Shown here one piece after another: positions 25,260 to 37,090 of a DNA stretch of 64,000 bases (positions within the stretch are counted from its first letter, which is position 1; the number at the start of each line of letters is the position of its first letter). The notes under the pieces were generated by a model, which made no database searches, had not been told where the DNA came from, and saw only the letters and a program-made list of their open reading frames with translations. The DNA comes from Azolla caroliniana (lineage: Eukaryota > Plantae > Polypodiophyta), in the NCBI GenBank assembly GCA_043228905.1, contig JBHGNT010000021.1, positions 2,294,001 to 2,358,000 on the forward strand, in the 5' to 3' direction. Position numbers and translations under genes: made by a program.

Positions 25260-25520
25260 ATACCACCACAAATGTCCTTTAGTGGAGCCACAATAAATGC
25301 TTCTATATGCTGCACAGACCCAACGTCTGTACTGTAAATGGAGCCATTTCCAAGGGTATAGATATGAATGGCCAGCTCACTAATGTGCACCGAACATTTA
25401 TCATGTCCTGTAGAGGAGCCACAATAAATTTGTTTAATATTCGGTTAATGGCTTTCACATTCTTTTACAAGACCATTACCAAGGGTATTGACTTGAATGG
25501 CCAGCTCGTTAGTATGCTAA
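25260..25520 (-). mobile_element. Duplicated Ty3/Gypsy aspartic-protease-like relic (2 x ~131 bp)
   Basis: Minus-strand pieces ELAI(Q/H)(V/I).TLGNG and FIVAPL(Q/K)D differ partly at synonymous positions and resemble the retropepsin V.LGNG...F.V.PL..D motifs. Confidence 0.45.
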
Positions 25521-26615
25521 GGGGGAGGCATTAGATCTTTGTGTAGTGATTTCACATCAGGTTTGTGGATTTCACGTTCTTTTACAACACCTTGGTAGAA
25601 AAGAATCAAGCAAATTACTTTCATATGACAAGTTATGGCTTCTTATAATCACTATGGATGATTCGATCATTGAAAAGTGAGTGCCATTTTCCTTTCTCCT
25701 ACATGGCAAAGAATAAAAGACAGTCATCACTTACATTGTGTACCATTATAGCCTCACCTTCTTGAAAATAAGACACCGCCAATTCTTTCAGAGTGCTGGT
25801 AATAAATGGCTACAGGGAAAACGCTCAGTTACTTGCACAAAGACATTATAACTTTAGATTCTTGAAAAGAAGGTACCATTTAATCTTTCGGATTGCTAAT
25901 AATAACAGACTAAGGTGAAAACGCTCAATTACATGGACAACAACATGCGTAAATATACAATACACACAAAATCAAATGATGCATCCTCATGAGATTGTCA
26001 ACATCTGATCTTGCACGATGGAGTAACATGCGTACATACATACAAAAATTCACCACATACACATTTCCATTAAGAGGTTAATGATGAAATAAGATTCCCT
26101 CTCTAAACAAAAGAGAATACAAGAAATGCAAAGGAAGCATATGGAGCTACATCCTTATCTACAAGTTGAAAAGTACAGCAATCAGAACCATAGATGGGAT
26201 TAGCTCCAGGTTATTACTAGACAAGTTACTGTAGATTGGCTCATTTCTTCGAAAAAGGAATCCAGCATTTCTATAACTGCATCAAGAACTTGCTAAGCAA
26301 AACCTAAACCTTAAAAAACCTCACTCAATACTGTGTTATTGATCAACTCAAGTCAACATATAAAATAGTGCATAAAACGTATAAGATCAACTTGAAGATC
26401 TGATATTTCCACAGATGGAATCACCCACCTGAGTTAGTGGTTTCCATGGTGTGTATCAAAATAGAGCTTACATATAAAAAATTGCAGCTTTGCTATTCCC
26501 AACCCAAAATAGAAAATAAAAACAAACTCTTACATTTCTTAGAGATATCTCCTTCTTGCACTGATAAGCATGAAAATTTAACTAGCAAGGTTAGATTTTT
26601 TTTACTAGGAAATAA

Positions 26616-27853
26616 CTAATAAGTTGGAACCTTATCAACATTCTCAAGGATGTCAAGCCTTGTTGGCTTTGCCAAGAAGTCAGTAAATTCTTGGAAAGGA
26701 GACTTTGTGAAGCGGGTCTCTCTCCAAAGGTCAGGAGTGAGGAAACCATATGTTTTCATCAAGCAGTCGAATGTCGCCTGTCATAATAATAAAAACCACA
26801 AAGAATCCACATCTGTCAGCAACGGCGTAGTCATCCAAATATCATACATAGTACATTAGCACAGTTAGACTTTACATTGATAAACCGTACACAATATCAA
26901 CCATATAGATTTCGGTACTCTACTCAACCTATGTTCTTGTGACACAAATACATAATCCCTTGTGATATCCAAGATGAAATGCTTTCAAATCAATTTATTC
27001 TTTCACGATGAGAATTTCACATTGAAAATCTAGGATCTTGCTAGCAATTTGCATGAACTTCTAAAGTGTTTGCATGCTTAATCCATCGCAAATAGATAAC
27101 CAGTGTCTACCATTCCAGTGATGAGTGCAGAAGAAAGAGAGGAAGAGCATTGGAAGAGGAGAAAAAAGGGGATGAAAGAACCTTGACAAAATTGCCGAGC
27201 GTCTTGGTGGATCCTCGGGAGGATGTGAAGACGTCTTCAATCCCAGCAAATTGGAGCACCTTCTTGGGAACACGAGCGGCGACAATACCAGAGCCGCGAG
27301 GGGCAGGGACGAGCCGAACAGTGACCGATCCGCACTTCCCAGTGACCTTACAAGGCACAGTATGAGGCTTCCCAATCTTGTTCCCCCAGTAGCCACGACG
27401 GACTGGGACAACAGAGAGCTTGGCCATGATGATGGCCCCTCTAATGGAGGTCGCAACCTCCTTGCTGCACTTCACACCCAGGCCAACGTGTCCATTGCTG
27501 TCCCCTACAACAACGAACGCCTTGAACCGAGTCCTCTGCCCTGCTCTCGTCTGCTTCTGTACTGGCATGATCTTCATCACCTCGTCCTTGAGTGCAGAGC
27601 CGAGGAAGAACTCGACGATTTGATGCTCCTTGATGGGGAGGGAGAAGAGGTATATCTGTTCTAAGGATCTGATCTTCCCTTCCTTCACAAGGCGGCCGAG
27701 CTTGGTGACAGGGATCCATTTCTCTTCTTCGTCGCGGCGAGCGCCACGACGGGGGCCTCGGCGATCTCCTCTGCCTCTGCCTCCGCCTCTGTCTCCGCCT
27801 CTGTCTCCCCCACGGGTCCCGAACCCTCGCCCAAATCCTGCTCCCTCCGCCAT
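26616..27853 (-). CDS. RPS2: 40S ribosomal protein S2 (uS5), 277 aa
   Basis: Exon 1 is 27853-27182 (RGG-rich N-terminus, [16 protein letters not shown]...[11 protein letters not shown]|GT). Exon 2 is 26777-26616 ([38 protein letters not shown]...*). Confidence 0.98.
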
Positions 27854-27892
27854 GGCTGCAGGAAGCTTCGGCCTGTCTGCGCCTGAGCAACA

Positions 27893-27910
27893 AAACCCTA
27901 GAAACCCTAA
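27893..27910. promoter_or_regulatory. Tandem telo-boxes (AAACCCTA x2) 40-57 bp upstream of the RPS2 ATG
   Basis: AAACCCTAGAAACCCTAA. Telo-boxes are typical of plant ribosomal-protein gene 5' regions. Confidence 0.75.
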
Positions 27911-28061
27911 TGCTATCCTGTTAGTAGTTATGTATTTACGGCTACTACTAGGAGGAAGCGGAAACGGCTCAGCTCAAGCCTAAACCTATCTGCTAAACCG
28001 ATTTTAAACGGTCGTGCGGTTTAGCGGCTCGGCTAAGGCGTGCCGCGTGAGTGTGCTCCTA

Positions 28062-28323
28062 CCATAGTATGAACCATACGTGCATTCGCATTCGATCATG
28101 TTTCAATCATTCAAGTATGGTAAACACCCTTGACGTATGGTAAATACCATACTTTTGTATTTATTATTTATTATAAGGTAATATGTTTTTTAAGATAATA
28201 AAATTAACATAAAAAGTGTAAAAAAGAAAAACCTATAAGAATGTTGTGATAACATACTCATTCGTTTTCATTCGTATGAAAACGAATGTTTGCTAATGCA
28301 TTCGAGTATATTACGTAGTATGG
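28062..28323. mobile_element. MITE-like element (262 bp) with 3-bp TSD in the RPS2 promoter
   Basis: CTA flanks both sides. Imperfect ~30-bp TIRs CCATAGTATGAACCATAC..TGCATTCGCA / TGCTAATGCA..GTATATTACGTAGTATGG. Internal perfect hairpins. Confidence 0.6.
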
Positions 28324-29201
28324 CTACTACTACTACTTTATTATAATTCCTGGCCATACCCCTACCTTATTATTATTATTATTACTACTGCTACAACTAC
28401 TACATACTACAATCTACTACTACTACTTTATTATAATTCCATGGCATGCCTGTACCTTTCTCCCCATTCTGGCCACGAAAGTGACAAATGTGTATGCAAG
28501 CCCTGCCCACTCACTCCCCGTGCATGTGCAAGCATAGGCTTGAGCACGATGACATAGGGATTCCCCTGAGGACTTCATCAGCCAAGTCACAAAAGTGCAC
28601 ATGCAATGCCCCTTTGCTTCTCGTTGTCAATCTTACCTTAAATAGACAAGTGAATCAACTCCGTGATATAATCTTACCTTAAGATGTTGTAGATTTTCAC
28701 AAGGCCCTTCCTATGGAGGTTCTATGCACTCAAATTCCCTCTTATATTATGTGTGCGATATCTACATTATATGACCAAAGCCCTAGATTTAGCTAGGTGT
28801 CTAGGGGGGCTATTGAAGGTAATAACATGCACCATTGGTGTGAAGGAAGAATGCTCACTCTCTCCTACCTTCAACAAGGTAGTATGCCACATCACACGTG
28901 GGTGTGGCGTGTGACTCAACATATTAGGTACATGTACACCTACTCACATTCGTTCTTACTTTGATGGTGTAGACATAGTGTCTCAATCTAATGTATGTCA
29001 ATATCGTCACTTCCATGCCCTAGATGGTTTTTCATGCAAAAACTCGAGTAAAACCTAGGAAAGGCTAAGGTAGCACCGGGACATTTGAAACGGGTAATAT
29101 GTCGCATTCTCTTTTTCACATCTTGGTGATTTTCCACATATCCACGTCACTTGCTAACAAGCTAACTTCACCTCATCATAAGGCAAAGTTGAAGTTGTGC
29201 A

Positions 29202-29619
29202 TAAAAATCAGCAACAATTCGGTTTGAACCCAACCGAACCGTGAAATCGCAACTTTACAGTTTAAACGGTTCGGTTCAATTTTAGTTTTTTTTTAACGGT
29301 TTGGTTTGGTTTCAACAGTTAGAAACCGCGGTTTAAATGGTTTAACGATTTTTTAAAATTTTAATAAAAAATTTAAAATTTTATTTTTAAACACTCTTTT
29401 CATTTTTAGACCTTATTCTCACATTAAAGGAACATCTTTTAAATTTTTAAATTTTTAAATAATGAAATATTTTAAATTTTAAAATTTTAAGTTAGAAACC
29501 AAAACCAAAACCGCAGTTTTAACGGTTTGAAAAAAATAACGGTTTTGTGGTTCGGTTCAAGTTTCAACAATTTTAAACAGTTCAATTTTGACCCTCTCAA
29601 ACCGAACCAAACCGTTGCA
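29202..29619. mobile_element. hAT-type MITE, copy 3 (right TIR eroded)
   Basis: Starts TAAAAATCAGCAACAATTCGGTTTGAACC, shares internal sequence with copies 1 and 2 (e.g. AGACCTTATTCTCACATT, inverted relative to copy 1), and ends AACCGTTGC. No TSD recovered. Confidence 0.8.
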
Positions 29620-30202
29620 TTCCAATGCATATCTAGGAGTCATATTTATGAGCATATGATCAAATCCATCAATGTTAAGTGAAATAATGTCATATTATTG
29701 GGTTTTAACAACCCTATGAAGCATAATATTTCCAATATGCAACAATATCCATAGAGGCCTATGATGCTTCCTCATGTATATATGAACGTAACTAGAGCAC
29801 CCACTAGTCATGATATTTACACGAATTATATGTAGTAAAGCATCCATCCCACACTAGATCATCTATTCTTAATTAGTGACACCCCCATGATGAAATTTTG
29901 GACAATGATTCTCATAAATTGGATTCAAATCATGCCACCTCAAAGAACCACACGAACGTGTTTTAAGAATAGAAGAAAATGGAGACAACAAGACATGTTG
30001 AAAAATCATGTTACTCGCAAGTTATGAGATGACTATAGGCTCAACATCAAGAGCTTTCCAACCTTCTGATATTCTATACCTCTCCAAAACGACCATAGGT
30101 AAAGGTATTGGAACAAGATCTACGACAACTCTATACTCAAAAAACTTGGATCGCACGAAGAGAGCCTCTTTCCGCAAAGTTGGCGTGCTACAAAGATGTT
30201 TC

Positions 30203-30659
30203 ATGAACTTCTTAGAGGATGAACTCATAGAGAGACTAGGGCATGGATGTCATGCTACATAGTGCTCACAAAGTAATAAGTCGACTCAAAGTACCAAACC
30301 AGAGATCTGAGTACTATGAACTTCTTAGAGGATGGACTCATAGAGAGACTAGGACACGGATGTCATGCTACGTAGTGCTCACAAAGTAATAAGTCGACTC
30401 AAAGTACCAAACTAGAGATCTGAGTACTATGAACTTCTTAGAGGATGGACTCATAGAGAGACTAGGACACGGATGTCATGCTACGTAGTGCTCACAAAGT
30501 AATAAGTCGACTCAAAGTACCAAACTAGAGATCTGAGTACTATGAACTTCTTAGAGGATGAACTCATAGAGAGATTAGGACATGGATGTCATGCTACGTA
30601 GTGCTCACAAAGTAATAAGTCGACTCAAAGTACCAAACTAGAGATTTGAGTACTATGAA
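30203..30659. repeat. 113-bp tandem repeat, 4 near-identical copies
   Basis: Units start at exactly 30203, 30316, 30429 and 30542 (ATGAACTTCTTAGAGGATG...GAGATCTGAGTACT), with only a few substitutions between them. Confidence 0.97.
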
Positions 30660-31699
30660 ACTTCGCAGTTTAATTTTGTTTAGTACGTATACCGTGATTT
30701 GTCTTGTAGACCGATTTTAACTTCATGAATTCTTTTTATATGTTTTTACAAACACATTTTGTGGGTTAAACGCATGAAAACAAAAACTATAAATTTAAGA
30801 GAACCCAAGTTTGATCTTTGCTTGAACTTGATTCATATCATAAATGACATTGTATTATATTCTAGATGTAAAAATCGTGTGTACTACATTTCCATGTTTA
30901 AGAGGGACTATTGTTGATGTCGCACACCATTTAGATAATATATGATTTCTCTATTGTATTAACAACTACGACACACGTGATGGTCCATCAATCGTATGCA
31001 TTTCGTGGCATTTCTACAAAAATTGTTGATATCGAGAACAATGCTACATGTTTGTGTACCTTGTCAACCACTAGGGACACAGATTGATGTTGCCTCATGA
31101 TCACGGAAGTTTGAAAGTCTTTTTGTGCTCCATCTACATACATCTAATCATCGGGACATGTTTATGGATTGTGTGGTCATCCTAAACCTAGCCAAGTCCC
31201 CTCCTTATTGCATACATTAGCACTACACTTGCATACATTATTTTACTTGCAATAATTACGATGTATTACATCGGTCTACCCACACTCAATATGCAATCCA
31301 CACATTTTTCCTCAATGATCAAGAAAACATAATAGAATGCTACACTTGCATACATTATTTTACTCATAGTAATTATGGCATGTAGTGTTGGTCTACCCAC
31401 AATCGATGTGCAATCAACATGACAAATCCAAATCACAACCTGATACCTTCAAATTCAAAAGTTCTCTTGACACAATCAACAAAGTTTTTATGTTTAATGG
31501 GTCTAGAAGTATAAAGAAATGCATATTTTTGTGGATATTTATAAATTCAAGGATGTAGTCTAATGGTAAGTCAAAAACACTCCAAATCTTAAGACGTAAT
31601 GACCCAAAACTCTGAGGGAGTCGTCTAAGATGGTTTCGTAAGGAAATCACCCCTATTTCAGAAAAGATAGATGTGGCAAAGCAGTGGAGAGAAAGCATA

Positions 31700-32090
31700 T
31701 GTCAAGGAGATGCCTATAATATGGTGGGGCATGGCATGATGTGAGAAAAGGACATGATAGTAACATGACAACGAATAGGAAGAAACTCAAATAGTGGTGC
31801 GATGCAAAGAAGTCAAGTAGTCAATTGACAAACAAAGTTTGACATCGATTGAGGCATCTAGCGTTTGCAAAATGGAACGATGAAGATGATGTGTCAAGGA
31901 GATGGCTATATACATGGTGGGCCATGGCATGATGTGAGAAAAAGACATTAACATGACAAAGATATGAAGAGACTCACTTAGTAGTGCAATGCAACAAAAG
32001 TCAAGTAGTTAACTGACAAACAAATTTTGACATTGGTTGATCCCATAGATGAATGGACAAAGGTATCTAGTGTTTGCAAAATGAAACGAT
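31700..32090. repeat. ~190-bp diverged tandem duplication, probably within a TE/LTR relic
   Basis: TGTCAAGGAGATG..CATGGCATGATGTGAGAAAA...GTTTGCAAAATG.AACGAT occurs twice. Confidence 0.8.
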
Positions 32091-34099
32091 TGGAAATATA
32101 TGAGAATATTATTAGGAAACATGATTGAAGGATCAACATATATTTTATGCATTGTAGTAATCATTTGATCTTGCACAAATGTTCATATGGTGTAGATCAT
32201 ATATTGATTGTTTCAAGTTATTTAGGCAAAGTATTGAATGCAAGAGGTGTGAATGGGGAAACATGTTTAGTCTCCTAAGGTTTTTAAGGTTCAATAACAA
32301 GATGTCAAAGTTGTGCCGAAAGTCGCACTCTACTTTAAGAGATTGTGATAATGAAAAGCGAGGGGTTTTTAGATTAAAAAACAAGTTGTCCAGGTTGTGC
32401 CAACAATAGCACTCTACTTTTAGAGCCTGTTAGTGCTGATAATAGTACTCTATTTTTAGAGGTTTGAATGTATAGGGAAAACCAAGGGCCTATGCCATGT
32501 AGCTTTCCTACTATCAGAGAGAACATAAATATAACAGCAAGGAGGTGTAAACATTGGCACACTATTGTGTACTATGTGAGATTCCCTCTTCCATATTGTG
32601 ATATAATAAATAATTATTATTTTACAAAGAATGATTTGCTATAATTATGAGTACAAAAGTTGTAATGATAAATGTATATAAATCCACGCAATACACCAAA
32701 GCTTCATTGCAAATTGTATTGTTTGTTAGAGTAGCAAGTAAATTTATTATGTAAATCTCTAAAGTAGCATGAGAGCTATCTTTGTCCATGTGTTAGAGGG
32801 CTTAGACAAGCTCACCAAAGATGTTCGAGACATTGAAAACGTTATATCTAAAAGAGGTATGGGATGTTGCCTACAAAGCATGGTTTGTGTGATTGAGTAT
32901 TGCCTCCTCAATATTGCATCCCACAGTTGGTCATTGAAAGTGACATCATTCCCATTAAATTATGAATAAAACATAGTGTGAATTGCTTAGAAAAGCGCCT
33001 CATTGAGGGGGTGGACACAAAGTCATTCTATGCACATCATGATGTGATGCACTATTGCCTCTTGTTTGTAAATATAGTTAATGAATTATGAATTAATGAG
33101 CAAAGAGAGGAAAGAACATGTCTGATTATTTTCAATAAAGAAGAAAACTTTTCTTGTTGAGTATGATGTTATGCATTGCTTCTTATCTATTAGAAACTAA
33201 GTTTAGAGGTGAAGATGCTAATATGGAGAGTGTTTTTAACACTGGTTGAGATTGCCACGGCTCATGTCATTGAGTGTGTCGTTGCATGGACTAAATTATT
33301 GCATGGTTACACTTTTCAAATTTTAGACATAGTATGTATGTCCATTAGATATAACATTTATACTTGTTTTTTTCAAATTGCGTTGACAAGTTGGTCATCA
33401 TTGAAGAGATAGACATGAAAGAACACAAATCTAGACCTAAAAATACACATGGTTAAAGAGAGAATGTTATAAGCTACACAAGTTGTTTTCTTAGTTTAAA
33501 TGTCATTAACTGTTTGGGGAGATGAATATAGGTAGTCGATACAAAGTTTAACTTAAAATAATATATTGCACGATCATTGTTTGCAAACGTGGCAATAAAA
33601 CAATTGTCAAAAAAAGGACAAAAGAGTCGTAGAAATTAGAAATATGGAAACATGAATAAATATCACACAACATTCATAAAGGAAAAACATGACTATTTTG
33701 TCGCAATGAATTATGGACTCTAGAATAACTTCTTGAACAAGACTTATTGCAAACGGTTGACAATAAAGCATTAATATTGCAATGTATACCGATATACATA
33801 TTTTTCATGAAATTACATACTTGAAATGTTTGGTCAAGAGAGAGTTGAGATTGACATGGCTCATGTCATTGAATGTGTCGTTGCATGGACTAGATTATTG
33901 TTCAAGAGACTAACGATTCAGTCAAAGGAAGTAAAAGGCAACCATCACCATCAAGCCAAGATGTTTTCGGTGACTTGTGTTTTAAACTCAAGTCATATAT
34001 ACTACATGCTTTGTCTCACATGGTTAGGTGGGGTTAAATAGAAACGAGACAAACACGTTCATGGACCCACTATTCTAGTAAAAAGGTTCCCTAGACCCC

Positions 34100-34700
34100 T
34101 TATTTATAGACTACTAGTCAAATTATTGAAAACGTGTTGATTGGATTTGTTTATATAGTAGCATAATTTGGTACAAATGGTTGGAAATTTCCATTACACT
34201 TTTTGCTTTCTCGTGATTCCCGAGAATAAGAAGCCAAAATTGGTTAATTAGAAAATTATTCTTCGAGCATTGTAGCACATGAATTAGTTGTGGACTTGGA
34301 TTAGATACTTTGCATGTCTTGACTCTCATAATCACGAAGTTTCGATATAACTTCTCCTCGTATTATTTCATTAGTAAAAAAGGTTGGTTGGTTAGCAAAA
34401 TATGTTGGTTTCTCTCGGATGTTTCGTGGATGGACCATACATTAGAAGTTGAGCCAAAGACTTTACATGTGTCAACAACTTGCAGAATCATAAATATCCT
34501 CTTGTACAAGTTCTAGCTTTTTTCTCATGGTGATGTAATAGGATGTTGGCCCACAAATGGTCTTAGAGACATTGCCGGTGCCCATTGCACGTACACCATG
34601 TTTTGGATTCTCGAAAATCAAACAAGCACAAGGCGTGTTCGACCGAGTGGAGAAGTTGTAAATGGCAAGGCAACAGAAGGCGACGTCAACACAGGCGAGC
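34100..34700 (-). mobile_element. Degenerate hAT-like transposase fragment (DUF659-like region)
   Basis: LAIYNFSTRSNTP...HGVRAMG...GPTSYYITMRKKL loosely resembles AI..FF..N.P....F..MV.AIG...PSY..LR..L. Multiple stops. Confidence 0.35.
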
Positions 34701-35102
34701 AAGAGCGGGGGAGCACCGATGTGTAGACGGGAGATGGATATAAGGTAGATGAGGGGTTAAGGGTTAGGGTTTAGGGCTAGCAAGGTCTAACAGGGGAGGT
34801 GGTTTGGTTGTGTTAGAGTGAGGGCCAAGGCCAGAGCCAAAGCCAGAGCCAAAGCTGGTGTTAGATCTTGGGTCAAGGCCCAGGGCCATATCCACAACTA
34901 CTGCGAGGGTTAGAATCACTGCCCAATGTGAAGAAGGGCTCGTACTAGGGTAAGTGCCAATGCCAATGCCAACGTTAGGACCACAATCGGCAACTAGTGC
35001 AAGTTAGTTAGTCAAGAGAGAGTGTGTGTGTCTTTTTTTTTGTCTATGACCATCCATCCATAAGAACACCCCATTTAATTTAGAGGAATTTATTTTATTA
35101 GA

Positions 35103-35384
35103 CCCCCCCCCCCCCCCCCCCCCCCCCTCCCACATCTGTTTTCCTTCCATTCATTTTGAACACAACTTGCTTTTAGAGAGAGAGACACACACACAACTTG
35201 CTTTTAGAGAGAGAGAGACACACACAACTTGCTTTTAGAGAGAGAGAGACACACACACACGACTTGCTTTTAGAGAGAGAGAGACACACACACACAACTT
35301 GCTTTTAGAGATAGAGATAGAGAGAGATACACACAACTTGCTTTTAGAGATAGAGATAGAGAGAGATACACACAACTTGCTTTT

Positions 35385-35415
<31 letters not shown>

Positions 35416-35540
35416 GAGAGAGAGATAGAGACACACACACACACACACAACTTGCTTTTGGAGAGAGAGAGAGAGAGAGAGATCAACGCCGTGTATGTGC
35501 GATCCACCAGATAAGACAGACACAGAGACAGACACAGAGA
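35103..35540. repeat. Poly-C run followed by a compound microsatellite array (CACAACTTGCTTTT + (AG)n + (AC)n, 8 units)
   Basis: About 25 C at 35103-35127; spacer motif at about 35161, 35192, 35223, 35258 (variant), 35293, 35332, 35369 and 35446. Confidence 0.95.
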
Positions 35541-35725
35541 CAGGCAGGCAGGGAAAACAAAAACTCGTTCCGTTCCATTCCATTCGTTTGATCAGAAGAA
35601 AGAAGCAGCTGAGCTTTTAGAATAGAAAGACCCTCTTCTTTCTTTCTTTCTTTCTGCTTGTCTCACCTTGCAGCTGCAAAAAGAAGAAGCGGGAAGAAGA
35701 AAAGGATCAATATTACTTATCCAAC

Positions 35726-37090
35726 ATGATTGGATACACGAATGAGCTTCCTTTCCCCTCAGGTACTTATGTCTTTCTCACAAAACCCTAAAGATCCCCC
35801 TTGTTTTATCCCGAAAGCCTACGCACATTTTATATCCCAAATCCAATGTCGTAAATCATAGGAACCCTAAAATCCTAAAAATCATAAACCCTCCCATGTC
35901 CATGATGTGACGGATCATCACAATACAACATACACAATATTATTTTGTTATGTTATGGGATCATATATGTGTCTGTATGTAGTAACCCTACAATGTCCAT
36001 CAAAGGATGTACTTTGTTGATGCTACTATTTATAACTTGACATTTGTATTAATGGTGATGCATGCTGCCTAGGCATGTTTGCTTCGAACCAAAAGGAACT
36101 CAAGATCTGTGAGGCATTAAAACATTCTGTTTGTCCTATAAAATCTAAACTCAACCATACCCATGATATGGCATGTGCATGTAATATTTAAATATATGTT
36201 GACATTAAAAATGATGTGCATTGTTTAGGCCCTAGGGATGCTTCATTCTTCTCAAAACCTTGAGGCAATTGAGAAATTATGGCGCTCAATTGGTCTTCCT
36301 AAACTATAATCTCTTCAACTATACGTATGATGTGATATTTGTATGTAAAGCCATTATATGTATGCAAATGTTTTGACATTTAAATAAATGGTGCATAGGA
36401 ATACCAGTTCCTCCTTCCCAAAACTGCCCCAAGTCGTTCAGAGAATCAATTGGTTCAGATTTATATGATCGGGTAATGCGATGGAACGATTCAGGTGCTG
36501 TTGCTGCCTTGCATGCCACAGAAACCAAGAACGGCGCATCTACTGATGGTGAATTGGAGAATTGGGAGAGAGAAGAGATGTCTCCTGTCTCAGTTCTTGA
36601 TTTATCGAAGAAGCTCAAGGAGTTTGGAGCTGGACTAGTATGCCACCATAAAAAGGAATCATGTTTGCTAGATCATGTTTACAAACAACGGGAACAAGAA
36701 AAGAAACCTGTGTTTCTAGTTGGTGATGGTAATCCAAAAGGAGATGAGGGTACTTCATTCCATAAATTGATGGATGTGGAAGCAATTAATGTGAATCATA
36801 TGGACAATATTGAGTTGGTTAGAGGTGATTCTAGAGCTTCTGGTCGGGGTGATTCTCGCATAGAACTACCGTCTGATGTAACTAGGAAAGGAGGTGGTTC
36901 CAGCCACAATCGAATGTTTCTATGTGGTGGTTGGCCTATTCATCGACTGGAGCAACCACTACAGTGGTCGCATGTATTCAGAAGTGTTGTGCCAAAGTCG
37001 AAGCGCAAGCCATCCAACTTCAACCAATTCTGGAAGAGGATGACCATTAAAGTCTCCAGGAAAAGTGAGGCAGGAGACAAAGCGAAGTAA
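35726..37090 (+). CDS. Uncharacterised two-exon protein (about 242 aa)
   Basis: Exon 1 35726-35762 (MIGYTNELPFPS, AG|GTACTT, phase 1) joins CATAG|36399 in frame with ORF 36476-37090. Contains YDRVMRWNDSGAVAAL and EEMSPVSVLD. The 5' exon is inferred. Confidence 0.65.

Noticed and set aside
25260-25520. Doublet as tandem H/ACA snoRNAs (minus-strand GGACA ends, GCCATT/AATGGC stem)
   Set aside because: No consistent H box or second hairpin. A codon-like substitution pattern fits a retropepsin relic better.
26778-27181. Intronic snoRNA in RPS2
   Set aside because: The only good box C (GTGATGA, about 27118) is on the non-transcribed strand, and there is no matched C/D pair on the minus strand.
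27251-27983. Antisense and alternate-frame ORFs over RPS2
   Set aside because: Expected by-products of GC-rich coding sequence.
30203-30659. 113-bp array as CRISPR-like or coding repeat
   Set aside because: The units are contiguous with no spacers, the period is not a multiple of 3, and stops are present.
35128-35138. TCCCACATCTG resembling the snRNA USE
   Set aside because: It is imperfect, with no TATA at the proper spacing and no snRNA downstream.
36229-36264. Possible middle exon of the unassigned gene
   Set aside because: It introduces an in-frame TGA and needs a GC donor, whereas the direct two-exon join is already in frame.
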